Below, piece by piece: positions 52,653-62,611 of a stretch of DNA of 64,000 nucleotides (position 1 is the stretch's first letter; each line of letters opens with the position of its first letter). The DNA is from a virus, in IMG/VR virus record IMGVR_UViG_3300047553_000365, positions 74,656 to 138,655 of that record; one strand, written 5' to 3'. The notes beneath the pieces are model-generated. The model was not told the origin of the DNA, made no database searches, and saw nothing but the letters and a program-made list of their open reading frames with translations. The translations under genes and the position numbers were made by a program.

Positions 52653-54920
52653 GTGTATATTTCATCGTATAGTTTATCTACCTTCGAATCTCCTAAATTA
52701 AGCTGTAGCTTAATGGGGGTGGGGGTAAAGCAAGCAGTAAGAAGTTATCCGGGTAACTACAAGATAACCTTTCCTACCTGTTTTCAGAACTTTAATGATG
52801 AAAAGACCATCAATTATAGTAATTTCTACCTGACAGGGGAATATCTATTCACTGATATCTTCGAAACCTCTAAAAATACCATAAAAAGTCAGACCATTCT
52901 GACAAAAATTCAATATGGTAGACAATTTTTAACATTTGAGGCCGTAAATCCTGATTATTTTGTATATTACGGCAACTATAAGCAATATAAGAACTATGGA
53001 ATAGGGGTCTTCAGCAGCACGGCTTCCGATAAATTCTACATCGAGTTCCAAGGATACGGAAAGTGTAATATCTATTTCAAAAAAGACGACCTCAAATACT
53101 ATCTGGTCGCTGATGAGGATAATAAACTATTTTTTGCCAACGAAAGAGTAATTCCTACTGGAACTGCCTATACAAGCAAGCCGCAGGACTTCAACTACAC
53201 CTTCCAAAGTGACGGAAACTACTTCCTGTTATTCAAACAGACTGATGATGGATCATTTATTGTAAGAAAAGAGGGGGACATTCTGGTTCTGAAGAACAAT
53301 ATTATTGATTATGTATATGATCCTTTCCGATTGACAAGAGATGTTTATACTACACAGAACACTACTCCAAACTTTTCATATATTGTATACAACAACAATA
53401 ACAACATGGTGGATCACACCAAGAAGATGAATAGTTTAAGATCGAACTTCCTAATTCATAAAAAGATTATGGATTACGATAATAATCTTCATGTTATAAA
53501 CTTGAAGAATCATCTCACACAAGACGATACTTTCAGCACTTCCAACAATATGTTGTCGGGAGATACTATCAGTTTTTACATTAGTTCCTTTAGAGAGTAT
53601 ACATCAATCTGTGATGAAATCGATCAACAGGAAAGTAATGACTTGAAATTGAATTATGTATTCTACAATCAGTCATATGTAATCAAACCGGGAAAAAATG
53701 AATTCGTTTCTCCTGAAAGTATGTATCCTTTCAGCCAAATAAATGTAAATGACACTAAATTTAAACAATCGGGTTCATTTTCTTTCACATCTCCAAAGTA
53801 TGCAGATAAAATTTACAGGGTATCAGATGATCCTATATTGAGCAAGGATAATCAACACCTTCTTTGCACTTGGTTATCAGGAAGTCCCGGTGGAACTGAA
53901 GCAATTTGGGTCGATAGATACTACTATCCTGACCTTATCGAGAAGGAAGCAGCCCTTGTTGCAAAAACATTTACCGACAAAACCTATGATGAGTTTTTAG
54001 AAAACATTATCGAAAATAATAATGATCTTAAAAACTTACTTAAGGATATTAAAGTCATTGATAAACGCAGTGATCTATACTTTGAGGCCGATACAACCTA
54101 TATCTATGAGAGATTCTCTCCAGAATTTGTTGGATCAGAAACACCCGAAGGAATTCCATGTAGTGTTCTTAACAGTGTATACCCACAGAATTACTTCAAA
54201 GAAATCAACAAGTCTGGTAAATTTACTTTAACTTTCGATTTCTGGGGAGGTAATGATAATTGGGTGATTGAGAGTGGAACCAATAATATTAAATCCAGAA
54301 TTCAAATTAGAAAGACTGGTCTTAGACTACATTTCATGTATGCCATTTTCAATCCTGTTACTGAAAGATTGGAGGAATATCCAATCTCTGCAACCATTAA
54401 AAAATTGAAGAAAAATATATTCTCATTCTCCATCGACTCTATTAGTGGAGAAGCATATCTATTCCTCAACAATGATATCATTTACAGTTTTAACATCTCT
54501 CCATACAAATATACAAGATGGAAAGTTCTCTATGGTGATATTGCAATCTTCGATAAAGGAATAAAGACAGAACTTGTTAAGTATCAGGGGGATCTGGTTT
54601 CTAATGTGGTTCTAAATACTGAGTATACTCCGAAGGATGAAGCCTATATTCTTCCTCTACAGAGGGGTCTTATCACTATTGATGATATAACTCTAACTCT
54701 ACCATGCGGTATGAGAAACAATATCGATCAAATTGACATTTTACAAGATGTTTGTAATTCTTCTACATACATGTCAAACAATGTAGATGTATTAGTTAAA
54801 AACATTGATACTACACAGATTGATACTGATAAACTTAAGAGTTACTTAGAAGAAAGTATTAACGATATTGTTCCTACTAACACCAAAGTAAGATCAATCA
54901 AGTTCAAACAGTTTAAATAA
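52653..54920 (+). CDS. structural protein, beta-rich
   Basis: Late promoter; possible LamG-like C-terminal region (not confirmed). Confidence 0.55.
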   Translation: MYISSYSLSTFESPKLSCSLMGVGVKQAVRSYPGNYKITFPTCFQNFNDEKTINYSNFYLTGEYLFTDIFETSKNTIKSQTILTKIQYGRQFLTFEAVNPDYFVYYGNYKQYKNYGIGVFSSTASDKFYIEFQGYGKCNIYFKKDDLKYYLVADEDNKLFFANERVIPTGTAYTSKPQDFNYTFQSDGNYFLLFKQTDDGSFIVRKEGDILVLKNNIIDYVYDPFRLTRDVYTTQNTTPNFSYIVYNNNNNMVDHTKKMNSLRSNFLIHKKIMDYDNNLHVINLKNHLTQDDTFSTSNNMLSGDTISFYISSFREYTSICDEIDQQESNDLKLNYVFYNQSYVIKPGKNEFVSPESMYPFSQINVNDTKFKQSGSFSFTSPKYADKIYRVSDDPILSKDNQHLLCTWLSGSPGGTEAIWVDRYYYPDLIEKEAALVAKTFTDKTYDEFLENIIENNNDLKNLLKDIKVIDKRSDLYFEADTTYIYERFSPEFVGSETPEGIPCSVLNSVYPQNYFKEINKSGKFTLTFDFWGGNDNWVIESGTNNIKSRIQIRKTGLRLHFMYAIFNPVTERLEEYPISATIKKLKKNIFSFSIDSISGEAYLFLNNDIIYSFNISPYKYTRWKVLYGDIAIFDKGIKTELVKYQGDLVSNVVLNTEYTPKDEAYILPLQRGLITIDDITLTLPCGMRNNIDQIDILQDVCNSSTYMSNNVDVLVKNIDTTQIDTDKLKSYLEESINDIVPTNTKVRSIKFKQFK
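54914..54919 (+). promoter_or_regulatory. late promoter
   Basis: TAAATA-6 nt-ATG(54926). Confidence 0.6.
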
Positions 54921-54925
54921 TAACG

Positions 54926-56737
54926 ATGCCAACTTTATATACCCAAAACACCTACTTTAAATATACAACTGGAGAAGCCTTTCAGTTGAATGGTATTGAT
55001 TATACAGGGTTCTTTCACATAGATGAAAATGGGGATGCCTATACTGGAAAGTATAAGGATACTGATAGTGAGAAATTGGTTTCCAAGGACACCTTTCTTT
55101 CCGACACCTTTTTAAACAAGTTAGAGTTTAACAACTCATATAAAAACCTAGAGAGTATTCAGAGCATATATACTCAACCTCTAGATATTTTAAATAAGTC
55201 AATATATAATGAAATCACTTCAACTATAGATAGAAATAACCTCTTAACCTTTAAGAGTATGTTGATTGACAATTATAAAATCTATAATTTCAATCCTACA
55301 GTAAACCACTTCTATGCTGGTAAAAATGGGTTGATGGTTAGTTACCCCACATATTCAGGAGTAGAATTCATTGACCCTACTCCTCCAGAAGAATTTGATT
55401 TCTTAGATAATATTGAAGTTGGAACTCTTATCATGGATTCTGATAAGAATTTTAAATATATTTGTGCTGACGATTTGAATAATTATGTGTTGAGTGGAAG
55501 TTTTGTAAGGGATATACCTTTGGCTATTCTCTCTGTAACCCCGCTTGAAGATTCAGATCTTAACTATAAGGACAAAACATTCGGCGTATATCATGATCCC
55601 GATGAAGGTAAAATCATATTTGTTAATAAGGAGTTTATTAATATATACGACTCCGACAACTTCATGGCTTGTGGAAAATTATTCTTAACAGACAGAATAA
55701 GAATTCAGGATGTTACTATAAGAACTGGTATCAATAAGTGGAATCTAGTTGATTTAGATTGGGATGATGCCGATGTTCTCTGGAACGATGGGGGATACAT
55801 CACCACAACATCAAGATTGGATCTTATCAAATTCGGTAAGAATATTAGAACATCACTAAGTAAAGATGAATTGTCTCTGGTAATACACAACAAATACTCA
55901 CAGGATAAAATTAGGGTGATAAACTTAGCTCAATATGGAGTAGGAGCAATCAAAGATTTAGATGTAAGGACTGTTGATGATTTAATTATAATTCTGAACA
56001 AAAAGGATGATGGGTTTTATGTGATGATCGTTGATATTTCTGATATTTCCAAAACAGTAAACTTAAAGATTGAAAGTATTAAAGATATAGACTCTCCATA
56101 TGGTATAAGATTTTCCGAACTGGATTCTGATCTGTTTTATACCTTCAATAAAAAGGAATATCAGACCAGACATATTTCAAATCCAACATACCCAACAGGA
56201 AGATTGGAAACAAGTAATCTACTATATTACGATCCTTACAAATGGAACAATGCATTTGAATTACATACTGATTTATATGTTCAATGGGGGTTCGGCATAA
56301 CTGAGGAAAATGAATATAACAATCTCACAGTGACTGAGCGTATTGTCAATGACAGTATGTATCTACTTCTTCACAATAAGGGAAGAATTTACGCAATGTA
56401 TCAACCCCTGACCAGTAGATACAATAATAATGTTGACATCAATATTCCTAAACAATTTACAGGAGTGAATTGTTCAGAATCTTCTATTGGACCTTATATA
56501 AATTCTTCATTGGCAAATCTAATCAACGATACTCTTAACCTTTACAGTAAAGCATATGCTGTCTACAATATTAAGGAATTTGAAATTGAAAGCGAACCCC
56601 TAAAAGAGTTTGATTTCGGTGTAAATGACCTATACATTAATGGAAATGAGGCTATCAATGCTATAGCAATGCAGAGAATACTTTCAACGATTGAGGACGT
56701 TCAGCTTAATCTAATCACCCCACAAACTGATTCTTAA
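54926..56737 (+). CDS. structural protein, possible beta-propeller
   Basis: Late promoter; repeated short beta strands. Confidence 0.55.
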   Translation: MPTLYTQNTYFKYTTGEAFQLNGIDYTGFFHIDENGDAYTGKYKDTDSEKLVSKDTFLSDTFLNKLEFNNSYKNLESIQSIYTQPLDILNKSIYNEITSTIDRNNLLTFKSMLIDNYKIYNFNPTVNHFYAGKNGLMVSYPTYSGVEFIDPTPPEEFDFLDNIEVGTLIMDSDKNFKYICADDLNNYVLSGSFVRDIPLAILSVTPLEDSDLNYKDKTFGVYHDPDEGKIIFVNKEFINIYDSDNFMACGKLFLTDRIRIQDVTIRTGINKWNLVDLDWDDADVLWNDGGYITTTSRLDLIKFGKNIRTSLSKDELSLVIHNKYSQDKIRVINLAQYGVGAIKDLDVRTVDDLIIILNKKDDGFYVMIVDISDISKTVNLKIESIKDIDSPYGIRFSELDSDLFYTFNKKEYQTRHISNPTYPTGRLETSNLLYYDPYKWNNAFELHTDLYVQWGFGITEENEYNNLTVTERIVNDSMYLLLHNKGRIYAMYQPLTSRYNNNVDINIPKQFTGVNCSESSIGPYINSSLANLINDTLNLYSKAYAVYNIKEFEIESEPLKEFDFGVNDLYINGNEAINAIAMQRILSTIEDVQLNLITPQTDS

Positions 56738-56741
56738 CCCT

Positions 56742-56747
56742 TAAATA
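56742..56747 (+). promoter_or_regulatory. late promoter
   Basis: TAAATA-6 nt-ATG(56754). Confidence 0.65.
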
Positions 56748-56753
56748 AAAGTA

Positions 56754-57761
56754 ATGAGTTCACTAGCCAACAAATATATTTCTGACACCTATGAGGGGTT
56801 GCTCCAGAATAATGACGATTCCTTCACCCAAGGGTCAATCTCTCGTCTTTATGACGGTGCTGGAAAAGGGTCTTGTCTTTCTTTGGGATTAAGTGGTGAT
56901 GGTATCATGGTTGACGATCTTCAGGTCGGAGAGCTAAACTATCCAAACAATACTAATGGTGCTGGTAGAGGATCGTTTTTGATTAGTCTATCAACAAATG
57001 AAATGGGGTTCAGACCCAACACATCTACTATCAACGAAATAGTCAATCTACTATATCCAGTGGGAACTGTTATAATGTTTGACAATGCTATCGATCCTAA
57101 TCAAAAATACGAAAACACAAAATGGGAAAGAATTGCACAAGGAACAACATTGGTTGGTGTTGGTGGTGGGTTTGAGCTTGGTTCAAATGTTTCAGATTGG
57201 ACAAGAGAAGTTCAATTACCTAGACACTATCATGGTGTTGGAAGATTCAAAGGAAGAATAACTGCTAAAAAGACTGTTAATAACCAAACAAAGACTTACT
57301 ATAGAGTGGGTAGAACAGCTAAGGCTGGTGTTAGTATGAACACTGTGAGAGCATATGGTGGATATACCTCTAATGGATGGTATTACCTACCAACAAATGT
57401 TGTTCGATGGGGAAGTACATTTAGATATGTTGATAATGATAGTGAAGACAACGCCGATCCACAATATCCTGTAGATGCTGGTAATCCTAACAACGACAAC
57501 CCCATTTTTATAATCGCAAAAGAACAATCATTACCGACTCAAGGTTGGGTTTCTGATAGTGGAGATTATAAGGGTAGAAGAAAACCCGGAAATGAAGGAA
57601 CTAGAGGAGAAGATTGGGTTCTCAACGATGGGGGAGATAGAGACAAAGCTATTATTACCACTGTTCAGTACAGTTTCAATTCAACAGGCAAAGAACCTAA
57701 ATTAAAAATAGACATTACACCCCCAGCATATGGGGTATACGCATGGAGAAGACTAGAATAA
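56754..57761 (+). CDS. fibre/baseplate protein, gp10-C-terminal-like, paralog 1
   Basis: LYPVGTV, NP...WERIAQG, LPRHYHG, TPPAYGVYAWRR. Confidence 0.75.
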   Translation: MSSLANKYISDTYEGLLQNNDDSFTQGSISRLYDGAGKGSCLSLGLSGDGIMVDDLQVGELNYPNNTNGAGRGSFLISLSTNEMGFRPNTSTINEIVNLLYPVGTVIMFDNAIDPNQKYENTKWERIAQGTTLVGVGGGFELGSNVSDWTREVQLPRHYHGVGRFKGRITAKKTVNNQTKTYYRVGRTAKAGVSMNTVRAYGGYTSNGWYYLPTNVVRWGSTFRYVDNDSEDNADPQYPVDAGNPNNDNPIFIIAKEQSLPTQGWVSDSGDYKGRRKPGNEGTRGEDWVLNDGGDRDKAIITTVQYSFNSTGKEPKLKIDITPPAYGVYAWRRLE

Positions 57762-57762
57762 T

Positions 57763-58575
57763 ATGAGTTCACTAAAAACACAATATATTTCAGAAACCTA
57801 TACCAGACTTATTCATAATAGGAGTGGAGAAGCACTTCCAGAAACTGGTAAAGGAGTATTTTATGATGGCCTTGGTAGAGAAGCATCTATCAATATAGGA
57901 AGAAAGGGACAGGGTATAGCAGTAAAGGGAAATCTTCGTGTTGGAAATTTAACATTCCCCCAAACTGGTAATGGAGTAGAACATGGATCTATTATGGTTC
58001 ACCTCTCTGCAAATAAAATAGATTTCAAGAAAAATGAAACTATCATAAGTGAGATTGTGGATTTAATTCATCCCGTTGGATCTATCATAATGACGGTCAC
58101 TAGTGAAAACCCATCAACAAGATTTGCTAATACTACATGGGAAAGAATTGCAAAGGGAGAAGCAATAGTTGGTGTTGGAGGTTCGGAGTTTGAAATAGGC
58201 TCTAATGGATTTCCTTGGAGTAAAGGGGTCGAACTTCCAAAACACTATCACGGTATCGGTAGATTCTTAGGAAGAGACACTGGAGGAAGTAGAGAAATTG
58301 ATGATAATGCTGTTTTTATTACAGCTAAAGGATTGGATCTACCAGAAGAGGGATGGAATATTCCTGATGGAGAAGATCTATTTGTTGGTAGAAGGTGTTC
58401 GGGTAATACTGGATCTAGAGGACAGGATTGGGTGTTGAAAAATGGTTATGAAAAGGATAAAGCCATGATAACAACAACACAGTTTGCCTTTAATTCGACT
58501 GGTGATGACCCAGAAATGATAGTCGATGTGACTCCACCATCATACGCAGTGTATGTGTGGAAAAGAACCTCATAA
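57763..58575 (+). CDS. fibre/baseplate protein, gp10-C-terminal-like, paralog 2
   Basis: IHPVGSI, WERIAKG, LPKHYHG, TPPSYAVYVWKR. Confidence 0.75.
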   Translation: MSSLKTQYISETYTRLIHNRSGEALPETGKGVFYDGLGREASINIGRKGQGIAVKGNLRVGNLTFPQTGNGVEHGSIMVHLSANKIDFKKNETIISEIVDLIHPVGSIIMTVTSENPSTRFANTTWERIAKGEAIVGVGGSEFEIGSNGFPWSKGVELPKHYHGIGRFLGRDTGGSREIDDNAVFITAKGLDLPEEGWNIPDGEDLFVGRRCSGNTGSRGQDWVLKNGYEKDKAMITTTQFAFNSTGDDPEMIVDVTPPSYAVYVWKRTS

Positions 58576-58576
58576 T

Positions 58577-58582
58577 TAAATA
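58577..58582 (+). promoter_or_regulatory. late promoter
   Basis: TAAATA-5 nt-ATG(58588). Confidence 0.65.
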
Positions 58583-58587
58583 AAACA

Positions 58588-59412
58588 ATGGACTCTCTAA
58601 GTGCAAAATATCTAGCAAAATCTTATCACGGCTATCTTCATGCTGATGGTAAACGCCTACCCAACACAGGGACTGTTCCATTATATGATGGTGATGGTAA
58701 CGAATCTTCCCTATCTATTGGCAGAATGGGAGAGAAGGCTATTGTGGACGGTGAATTGATTGTTGGTGATCTTAAATATCCAGAAAATATCGGAGACAAC
58801 CCAATCGGATCTGTTGCAACTTATCTCTCATCAAATGAGATTGGATTTGAACCCCCTATCAGATTGTTTAAGGATATTATTAATGTCTTCTATCCTGTGG
58901 GAGCTATAATACTCACTGTAAATGATGATGATCCAAGTACAAAATATATAGGAACAACTTGGGAAAGAGTAGGAGAAGCTAAAGTTATCATTGGTGTTGA
59001 TGATGATGGAGAATTTGATGTGGAAAATAATGATGGTGAGTTCAATAAAACTATTACCCTACCAAAACACTATCACGGTGTTGGTAGGTTCTCAAGAGGG
59101 GCCATTGATTGGGTAAGTGGTAGTTCAAATAGAACAGAAAATAACGACAATGGTATCTTTATTATAGCTAAAGACCAACCCCTCCCAGATAAAGGATGGG
59201 TTAGTGAGGATATATCCTACATTGCTAGAAGAGCGCATGGAAACTCTGGAACTAGAGGAAATGACATTATTTTAAGTGATGGTTATGACCAAGATAAAGC
59301 TATTATCACAACTTCACAGTTTAGTTTTGATACAAAGGGACAAGAACCGACAATAGCTTTAAATGTCACCCCTCCTTCCTATGGGGTCTTTATATGGAAA
59401 AGAACTCGTTAA
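58588..59412 (+). CDS. fibre/baseplate protein, gp10-C-terminal-like, paralog 3
   Basis: FYPVGAI, WERVGEA, LPKHYHG, TPPSYGVFIWKR. Confidence 0.75.
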   Translation: MDSLSAKYLAKSYHGYLHADGKRLPNTGTVPLYDGDGNESSLSIGRMGEKAIVDGELIVGDLKYPENIGDNPIGSVATYLSSNEIGFEPPIRLFKDIINVFYPVGAIILTVNDDDPSTKYIGTTWERVGEAKVIIGVDDDGEFDVENNDGEFNKTITLPKHYHGVGRFSRGAIDWVSGSSNRTENNDNGIFIIAKDQPLPDKGWVSEDISYIARRAHGNSGTRGNDIILSDGYDQDKAIITTSQFSFDTKGQEPTIALNVTPPSYGVFIWKRTR

Positions 59413-59459
59413 TTTGTTGTAAATTAGCATCTAAAAACTTGAAAATTGTATTTGGATGA

Positions 59460-59465
59460 TAAATA
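59460..59465 (+). promoter_or_regulatory. late promoter
   Basis: TAAATA-6 nt-ATG(59472). Confidence 0.65.
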
Positions 59466-59471
59466 AAAACA

Positions 59472-60257
59472 ATGAGTTCATTATTCAACAGAAAAATTAA
59501 GGAAACCTTTCAAGGGGTTCTACATGCAGATGCTGCGGAATTACCAGAATCGGGCCAAACTGTAGTTTATGACGGTTTAGGTAATAAAACTTCCGTATCC
59601 ATTGGTAGAGAAGGGAATGGGTTTAAAGTAACCTCCCCATTTCATGTGGGGAATCTAGAATATCCTTCCAATAATGGAGGAACCACTACTGGTTCTATTA
59701 TGACTCAACTTTCTGGTAATAAGTTAGGATTAAAAGATGTTTCTGACTTATTCTACGAATTTATTAATCTTTTACATCCTGTTAATTCAATTCTTATAAC
59801 TATTGATAATGTCAATCCCGGCTCAAGACTAGCCAGAACAGTATGGGAACAAGTATCACAAGGATCATTAATTGGTGGTGTTGGTGGTAACAATTTTCTA
59901 GTTGGGGACAATGCTGGTTCATATACCAGAACAATTTCTATACCAGAACACTATCACGGTGTTGGGGTATATACAGGGGATAATAATAACGATGTGTATC
60001 TTGTTGTTGCTAGAGATGACGCAAGATTGCCCGCAACTGGTTGGATTGATCCTAATAACACATACTGGACAAGACAATTAAATGGTGACGGAACTGGTCG
60101 TGGTCAAGATAATCAAGTAGCAAATGGTGCAACTAAGACCAGAGCCGCAATAACTACTAGAGCATTCTCTTATACTGGTGGAAGTGTCACCCCATCGGTT
60201 GAAATAGACATAACTCCTCCAACATATGGTGTGTATGTTTGGAAAAGAACCCAATAA
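59472..60257 (+). CDS. fibre/baseplate protein, gp10-C-terminal-like, paralog 4
   Basis: LHPVNSI, WEQVSQG, IPEHYHG, TPPTYGVYVWKR. Confidence 0.75.
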   Translation: MSSLFNRKIKETFQGVLHADAAELPESGQTVVYDGLGNKTSVSIGREGNGFKVTSPFHVGNLEYPSNNGGTTTGSIMTQLSGNKLGLKDVSDLFYEFINLLHPVNSILITIDNVNPGSRLARTVWEQVSQGSLIGGVGGNNFLVGDNAGSYTRTISIPEHYHGVGVYTGDNNNDVYLVVARDDARLPATGWIDPNNTYWTRQLNGDGTGRGQDNQVANGATKTRAAITTRAFSYTGGSVTPSVEIDITPPTYGVYVWKRTQ

Positions 60258-60263
60258 TATTTT

Positions 60264-61502
60264 ATGCCACAAGTTGAAATTACAAAATTTAAAGTCCGTA
60301 GAGGAACAGATGAACAAAGACAGTTATTAGTCTTTGAACAAGGTGAATTTGCATATACTGTCGATACCAAAAGATTGTATGTTGGAGATGGTGCTACTTT
60401 AGGTGGTGTTTCGGCTGGTGCTAAAATTCATCCTAGTCTTCTCAATACATATTCCTTAACTGGTGTTATTGCAGAGATTGGAGACATTGTTCCTGTTAAT
60501 AAAACTTTCTGGCAACTTACTGCATCAGATTACACTCAACTATCGAGTTGGGAAATTAGAATCATTGATGTTGATCCTGTTGTCTTCTCATTTGATTCCA
60601 CATCAACTCTTCAACTCAACACCAGTTCAATATCAGCAATATACCTAGATCCAATTTCTGTATCCAATGGTATAATGATTGATAGTGGAATTCTACAATC
60701 GAATTTTAACACAAAAAGTTTAGAGATCTCAGCATATCAACTATCCTTAAAAGCTAGTGGTATTGATGAGAGAGAAATTTCGTCTTCCGCATTAGGTGGA
60801 GGATTGTCTGGGGGATCTAATCAAAAGATTGGTTTATATGCAGATTTTAATTCCTTTTACTTTGATGCAAATGGAATGACAAAACTTAGTGGTTATAATC
60901 CTTTCACCTTAAGATTCGATGATATTAATTCTGATTGGATTGGTGCTGGGTTAAGTTATAATTTAGGAGTGTCTTCGCTATCAACTACCATCACTGATGT
61001 TGACGATAGTGGAACAATCACAAGAGATGCTATCGGAAGAGTTGGGTTAAATACTGCAATTTTCGGTGCTGGTCTGCATTATGATTCCAACATCACATCT
61101 CTATCAACAAATCTAGTAAGTTGTGACAACATCTCAATCGTAAAAAGTTCTGAAGGAATTATCAGTATCAAAAATGATGCTGTTTCTGGAACTAATGAGT
61201 GGGCAAAAATTACTGTTGACCAATTTGGAAGAGTTACCAACCAAACTTCTTCTATATTCCAAACATTGACAGGTAGTTCTTCTTCTGGTTCGTATAATGT
61301 AACAAATAGTCTATCGGCAATCTTTAATGGTGATCCTTCAGGGGTTATAACAAGCACAAATATCACTAGATTCACTGCATTATCAGCAGATGGTCAAGTA
61401 GTAACCCTGTCTTCGGCTGGTTTCATCTGTTTTGAGGGAGCCTTCACAACTAGAATGGGTCAATCTGTTGGACGATTCGCAATACCAATCTTCAAATACT
61501 AA
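60264..61502 (+). CDS. tail fibre protein with Mtd-N-like N-terminal domain
   Basis: KVRRGT...EQGEFAYTVDTKRLYVGDG; GAGL repeats. Confidence 0.75.
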   Translation: MPQVEITKFKVRRGTDEQRQLLVFEQGEFAYTVDTKRLYVGDGATLGGVSAGAKIHPSLLNTYSLTGVIAEIGDIVPVNKTFWQLTASDYTQLSSWEIRIIDVDPVVFSFDSTSTLQLNTSSISAIYLDPISVSNGIMIDSGILQSNFNTKSLEISAYQLSLKASGIDEREISSSALGGGLSGGSNQKIGLYADFNSFYFDANGMTKLSGYNPFTLRFDDINSDWIGAGLSYNLGVSSLSTTITDVDDSGTITRDAIGRVGLNTAIFGAGLHYDSNITSLSTNLVSCDNISIVKSSEGIISIKNDAVSGTNEWAKITVDQFGRVTNQTSSIFQTLTGSSSSGSYNVTNSLSAIFNGDPSGVITSTNITRFTALSADGQVVTLSSAGFICFEGAFTTRMGQSVGRFAIPIFKY

Positions 61503-61508
61503 TAAATC

Positions 61509-62606
61509 ATGGAAATTCTACAAAATACAATTTTAAAACTAGTAGTTCGTCAAGGACCAGATTCGGACAGACAAGTTCTTGTTCTAGATTCTGGAGAATT
61601 GGGATATACAGTCGATCTTAAGAGACTATATGTTGGAGATGGTTTTTTAAGTGGTGGTAATGTTGTTGGAAATCTATTTGTTGGGGATGCACCAACTATA
61701 ACTGATCCCACATTGTATCCATCTGTAATCGGAGACTCTGCATTTGCAACTGATACCAACAAATTATATGTTCTTAAAACAGGAACAGGATCGAATGAAG
61801 CAGATTGGTTGCTGGTTGGGGGAGTTTACTCTTCTGGCACAAGTCAAATCACAATTTCTGCTGATAATGTCATGATGTTAAATCCATTATCGGCTGGTTA
61901 TATCTCATCTGATGCTGTGGAACAACCACTATACATTAATTCGGGTAGAATCGCATTGGCTGGTTTGTCTGCAAATGCATTTACTACTGACTCTCTTACC
62001 CCAAGCATTATATTGAGTGGTGGAAGATTAAGAGTGGCTCCTCTATCTGCTGGTTATTTCTCCACAGATGCATTATCCGCACCATTAGGACTAAATCAAG
62101 GTAAACTAACACTTAGACCACTATCCGCTGGAAACTTTTCTCATGATTCTGTCTCTGCTCCTCTAACTATCACTGATGGTAAAATTTCTCTATCATCGTT
62201 TATACCTGCCAATGTTCTTACAACAAAGACATTAAAAACAGGAAGTGGTTTGGATCTGTATTTTGATGGATATGATTATAGTCTATCCGCTATCAATCCC
62301 CTATCAGGAAACTTGGTGATTGAATCGAATCAAATGTATACCAGATTTGTTGGTGCAAGTGGTATTGAAGAAGCAAGTAAAGGATTTACTGGTGTTTATG
62401 CCCTATCAATCGGACATTACAGACTACCATTTGCAAAACCTCTACAGACTGACCAATATATTGTTATGGCACAAATTTATGGAACAGATAGTTTCGGTTA
62501 TGAACCAAGAGTGATCTATATGGGAACTGACCACTGTGACATTAAGATATTAAATTCTGGTGGAAACACTATGGATGCTAATATCATGGTTAAAATCGAC
62601 TACTAA
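61509..62606 (+). CDS. tail fibre protein with Mtd-N-like N-terminal domain and 26-aa shaft repeats
   Basis: VRQGP...DSGELGYTVDLKRLYVGDG; four PLSAG repeats. Confidence 0.75.
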   Translation: MEILQNTILKLVVRQGPDSDRQVLVLDSGELGYTVDLKRLYVGDGFLSGGNVVGNLFVGDAPTITDPTLYPSVIGDSAFATDTNKLYVLKTGTGSNEADWLLVGGVYSSGTSQITISADNVMMLNPLSAGYISSDAVEQPLYINSGRIALAGLSANAFTTDSLTPSIILSGGRLRVAPLSAGYFSTDALSAPLGLNQGKLTLRPLSAGNFSHDSVSAPLTITDGKISLSSFIPANVLTTKTLKTGSGLDLYFDGYDYSLSAINPLSGNLVIESNQMYTRFVGASGIEEASKGFTGVYALSIGHYRLPFAKPLQTDQYIVMAQIYGTDSFGYEPRVIYMGTDHCDIKILNSGGNTMDANIMVKIDY

Positions 62607-62611
62607 AACAA

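Noticed and set aside
56754-62606. Diversity-generating retroelement
   Set aside because: No RT in the window. Paralog differences are indels and all-base substitutions rather than adenine-specific changes.
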